A stretch of 64,000 nucleotides of DNA, taken from contig CAVYCN010000018.1 in the NCBI GenBank assembly GCA_963767005.1, positions 1-64,000 on the forward strand, given 5' to 3'. This DNA comes from an uncultured Actinomycetes bacterium (lineage in GTDB: Bacteria; Actinomycetota; Thermoleophilia; UBA2241). Of this stretch, positions 60,757-64,000 are shown piece after piece. Under the pieces are notes generated by a model, which saw only the letters and a program-made list of their open reading frames with translations, ran no database searches and was not told the origin of the DNA. A program made the translations under genes and the position numbers. Numbering within the stretch: the first letter of the stretch is position 1; the number at the start of each line of letters is the position of its first letter.

Positions 60757-61355
60757 TGGACCTTGGCCTCCTGCGCCTTGACCTCTTCGGCCTCGAGATA
60801 GGCGGAGATCCTGGCGATCTCCTCGCGGCCGCGGATGTTCTTGGCGAAGAGCGGCAGGCGACCGCCGAAGAACAGCTTGGCGCCGACGCTCGTGAACTTG
60901 AGGGCCAGGCCGGGGTTCTTGGTCATGACGAACTTGCCGATGAGCTCGACCTCGTGGTTGCGGCCGTGCTTGCGGACGCTGTCGATGAAGTACTTGGTCA
61001 TGGCCGGGTTCTTGCTGGCGGGCGGCAGGATGTCGTACTTCATGCCGAGGCGCTTGAGCTCGTACATGAGGTCGGTGATCTTGATGCCGGCCGGACAGCG
61101 CACCGTGCAGTAGTAGCACGAGGTGCACAGCCAGATCGTGTTGCTCTTGAGCACCTTGTCGATCATGCCGGCCCGGAAGGCGGCGATCACCTCGCGCGGA
61201 CCGTAGTCCATGAGGTAGCTCGTCGGGCAGGAACCGGTGCAGGTGCCGCACTGCTGACAGATCTTGATCTTCTCGCCGGCGGGCATGCGCATGACGTCGT
61301 CGGTGAACGCCTTTTGCACCGCCCTGGCCTGTGGCGTGGTAGCTAGCTCCGTCAT
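60753..61355 (-). CDS. hdrC: Heterodisulfide reductase subunit C
   Basis: CQQCGTCTGSCP and WLCTSCYYCTVRCP. Confidence 0.93.
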   Translation of the reverse strand: MTELATTPQARAVQKAFTDDVMRMPAGEKIKICQQCGTCTGSCPTSYLMDYGPREVIAAFRAGMIDKVLKSNTIWLCTSCYYCTVRCPAGIKITDLMYELKRLGMKYDILPPASKNPAMTKYFIDSVRKHGRNHEVELIGKFVMTKNPGLALKFTSVGAKLFFGGRLPLFAKNIRGREEIARISAYLEAEEVKAQEAKVQ

Positions 61356-61843
61356 TCTCCTCTCCAGATCATCACGTGGCTCCCCACGACTTGACGTCCG
61401 CCGCACCACCTTCGCTCGGATGGTCGCACGCGGACGCTTGCTGACTGGCCGGATGCCGAGGCTGGCTCCTCCCCGCCTCCGTCACGATCGTCGTGGCCGT
61501 CAAACGTCGGCCCGGTGTGGCGCCCTGGGACATTGGCCCAACCTTGTGAACCCAGGTGCAAGTGCCTGAAGTCTAGCAGAGCAGCGTGCGGCCTGCAGCC
61601 GCTCTCGGGCGTCCTCCATGGTCCGAACGTAGCACAGAACGGGACCCCGGTTCGCGGTCCAAGGTGTACAAAGCGGCCTCGCGCGGGACTGCCTTTTGTG
61701 CGCTTGCGGGCCACACTCGTGCTCGCGTGCGCGCGACAAGCCAACCCGCGCCGCCCGCCGCTTGGCTCAAGCGCCGCGCCCACCGGCCGATGATTGGCAC
61801 AAACGGCGCCGGTGACCTACAATCTGGCGACGTCCACTCGTGG

Positions 61844-61919
61844 GCCGACGTAGCTCAGCTGGCAGAGCACATCACTCGTAATGATGGGGTCCTCGGTTCG
61901 ATTCCGAGCGTCGGCTCCA
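61844..61919 (+). tRNA. tRNA-Thr(CGT), probable integration site
   Basis: GCCGACG...CGTCGGC TCCA; anticodon arm CATCA-CTCGTAA-TGATG. Confidence 0.95.
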
Positions 61920-62004
61920 ACAAAATCGCTGGAAATCGCGGGTACGCCCCTCTGCCCCATCCCTACCAGGGATGCTCTTCTGCCAACATTCGCCAACACG
62001 ACCC

Positions 62005-63282
62005 CTACTTGCCGCTCGTCTTGACCAGGTTCGCGATCGTCTCCGCCGCGCCGGCGTCCATGCCCGGGGCGACGTGTGAGTAGATGTCGAGCGTCAGCGC
62101 GACGCTCGAGTGACCGAGCCTCTCCTGTACGACCTTCGCCGGAACGCCAGCGCGCAGCGCGAGGCTGGCGTGCGTGTGGCGGGCACCGTGCAGCGAGAGC
62201 GCCGGCAGCTTGGCAGCCTCTACGGCCTTGACGAACGCCCGGCTGACGTCGTTCGGGTCCAGCGGTGTGCCGGCCTTGCTCGTGAAGATGTAGTCGCCGG
62301 CGCCGTTCGCGATGTGCTGGCGCAGGATCTCCGCCGTCTCGGCGTCGAGCTGCACGACGCGCTGGCCGCTGTCGGACTTGGGCGTGGTCTCGATCACCTT
62401 CTTGTTGAGCGGCACGCGCGACTTACTCACCGAGATCGACCCGTTGGCCGCGTCAAAGTCGCTCAGGCGCAGGGCCAGAGCCTCGCCACGGCGCAGGCCG
62501 GTCATCAGGTACAGGCGCCAGAGAACACCCAGGCGGTCCGCCTTGGTCGCCTCAAGGAACGCCCCCACCTGCTCAGCGGTCCATGCTTTCTGAGCGGCTG
62601 TCGACGGCGCCGCAGGCCGCGGCAGGCGCTTGGTAACGCCTTTGGCGGGGTTGCGGCTCAACAGGCCGCTCACAGCAGCGTCATTCAGGGCGCGCGAGAG
62701 CGTCGCATGGACGCGCCGCACGGACGCCGGTGCCAGGCCGCCCTCGCCGCCGTTGGCCTTGCCTCTGGCGGCCAGGATCGCGTAATGGGCGCGGATGGCG
62801 TCGCGGGTGAGCTTCTGCAGTTGCACGGTGCCGATGTCGTACGGCGCCGCATCGCGACCGATCAAGTGGTTCTCGACTAGCTGCTTGTAAGACTGCAGCG
62901 TCGTCGGCTTGAGATCCTCGCCGGCGATCGCCGGCAGCCACTGGTCGCGCAGGTACTCGGCGAGGGTCAACTTCAGGGGCATGACGAACTCGCCCTCGCG
63001 CAGCGTGCGCTTGCGATCGTCGCGCGCGTCCTCCGCGTCCCTGCGCGTCCGAAAGCCGCCCTGCACGATCTGCCGTCGCTCCCGCGTGGCCTTCACGGCG
63101 CCACCACAGGCCGGGCAGGCCTCGAGGCGCCGCTGGCCGACCCACTGCCGCCGGCCGCACTGCTGGCAGCGTTGCGCCGCCTGCAGGCCGAGCTCGAGCG
63201 TGTAGGCCCATGAGCCGCCGTCGCTTCGACGTCTCACCCCTGCCCGCATCTGTCCGACCGTGGTCTCTTGCCTTGTCGCCAC
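62005..63282 (-). CDS. int: Tyrosine integrase with an N-terminal CxxC...CxxC insert
   Basis: Catalytic R (TGLRRGE), K (TPKS), HGARH, LGH and Y (TLDIYSH). Confidence 0.93.
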   Translation of the reverse strand: MATRQETTVGQMRAGVRRRSDGGSWAYTLELGLQAAQRCQQCGRRQWVGQRRLEACPACGGAVKATRERRQIVQGGFRTRRDAEDARDDRKRTLREGEFVMPLKLTLAEYLRDQWLPAIAGEDLKPTTLQSYKQLVENHLIGRDAAPYDIGTVQLQKLTRDAIRAHYAILAARGKANGGEGGLAPASVRRVHATLSRALNDAAVSGLLSRNPAKGVTKRLPRPAAPSTAAQKAWTAEQVGAFLEATKADRLGVLWRLYLMTGLRRGEALALRLSDFDAANGSISVSKSRVPLNKKVIETTPKSDSGQRVVQLDAETAEILRQHIANGAGDYIFTSKAGTPLDPNDVSRAFVKAVEAAKLPALSLHGARHTHASLALRAGVPAKVVQERLGHSSVALTLDIYSHVAPGMDAGAAETIANLVKTSGK

Positions 63283-63283
63283 G

Positions 63284-63493
63284 TCACTCCCCTTTCCGCT
63301 TGCGGGCCGACTCGCCCAGCACCGCATCGACCGAGGCCGGGTCGATGCGCCACTGGCCGCCGCGACGATCGCCGCCCGGTGTGCGGTAGCCCGTCAACCT
63401 GCCGGCCTCGAGCCACTGTCGGACTGCTTCGGCTGAGACGTCCAGCCGGGCAGCCGCCTCCGTGGTGGTCAAGAACTTCACCCTCGGTGTCAT
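63284..63493 (-). CDS. xis: Excisionase-family HTH protein
   Basis: FLTTTEAAARLDVSAEAVRQWLEAGRL...GGQWRI. Confidence 0.85.
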   Translation of the reverse strand: MTPRVKFLTTTEAAARLDVSAEAVRQWLEAGRLTGYRTPGGDRRGGQWRIDPASVDAVLGESARKRKGE

Positions 63494-63814
63494 GCGCCCC
63501 CTATCTTGGTTCGATTGGTTCTACAGGCTCATTAGATACCGCCCAACGGTCGGCGTCAAGGGCCTGAAAGAGACCTGTCAAGAGAGGAATCGGACAGATT
63601 TCGGAGGGCCGGCGTCGCTATCGGCAGGACAGGAGTCGACCGGGCCTGACCCGGGTCGACGGGGCCGAAACGAGTCGAGCCGTTGGCGAAACGGCGGCTC
63701 GTATGATCGCTGCGGCATGTGCAAGAGCAAGCAATCGAGCAGGTGCAAAAACCTCCGGCAGATTTCCAGCGCCGGGTCCTCGACAATCGGCGAGTAAGCG
63801 TCACGAAGGAGGAG

Positions 63815-64000
63815 ATGGTGACCGGCACCGGCATCAGATTGACCGGCGAGCGTGAGGCCCTGCACCTCACGAAGTTCGCCCTCGGCGCGAAGTCGGGCGT
63901 GCACCCGTCACGCGTCGGGCAGATCGAGAGCGGCCACGTCGTGCCCTACGACGTCGAGCTGGCACGCCTGGCGCGGGCTCTGCACTTTGCCGGCGACCCG
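63815..64000 (+). CDS. XRE-family HTH regulator, 3'-truncated by the window edge (not in the ORF track)
   Basis: AAGGAGGAG RBS; MVTGTGIRLTGEREALHLTKFALGAKSGVHPSRVGQIESG...LARLARAL. Confidence 0.7.
   Translation, partial: MVTGTGIRLTGEREALHLTKFALGAKSGVHPSRVGQIESGHVVPYDVELARLARALHFAGDP

Larger units (their letters stand above)
61920..64000. mobile_element. Left end of a tRNA-Thr-targeted integrative element or prophage (continues beyond the window)
   Basis: The tRNA is followed by a convergent tyrosine integrase, an excisionase and a divergent XRE regulator. Tandem GCCAACA repeats lie at 61982 and 61992, and the intergenic DNA is more AT-rich. Confidence 0.85.

Noticed and set aside
54958-61355. 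Selenocysteine recoding in hdrA/mvhD/mvhA
   Set aside because: The Sec-capable positions are Cys codons (DCAAC, CRWC, GDCHY, DPCFGC), and there are no in-frame TGA breaks.
63630-63705. Hammerhead-ribozyme-like GAAAC...stem...GTA in the xis-XRE intergenic region
   Set aside because: A stem III-like hairpin is present, but there is no correctly placed CUGANGA core with stems I and II.

Overview
This is a very GC-rich bacterial window. It is probably from an anaerobic Actinomycetota such as a Thermoleophilia-like organism; that taxonomy is inferred, not shown. From left to right it holds: the 3' part of an [FeFe]-hydrogenase with hydG/TM1266-like/aspA/hydF; tRNA-Pro; pduO; ligD; a DEAD-box helicase; an enolase-superfamily/non-Pyl MttB/HAD unit; an Orn/Lys/Arg decarboxylase; tRNAs Met, Tyr and Thr; an ~18.7 kb methylated-amine catabolic locus; an hdrCBA-mvhDGA-hyp operon; and the left end of an integrative element at tRNA-Thr(CGT). 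The key result is that two pairs of 'split' ORFs are single methyltransferase genes, each with an in-frame TAG at the pyrrolysine site: mtbB-like (TAG 36344-36346) and mttB (TAG 34859-34861). They are followed on the same strand by a corrinoid protein, a class III aminotransferase, an archaeal-type GAPDH, a divergent archaeal-type PGK and a D-malate/tartrate dehydrogenase. This unit shares a CCACC-N2-GGTGG operator-like motif with an upstream ABC transporter/CocE hydrolase/non-Pyl MttB/TetR operon. My hypothesis (inference) is a complete anaerobic pathway for a carnitine-like quaternary amine: three stepwise demethylations, transamination, ATP-yielding oxidation by repurposed GAPDH/PGK, then D-malate to pyruvate. 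I did not see pylTSBCD genes in the window.
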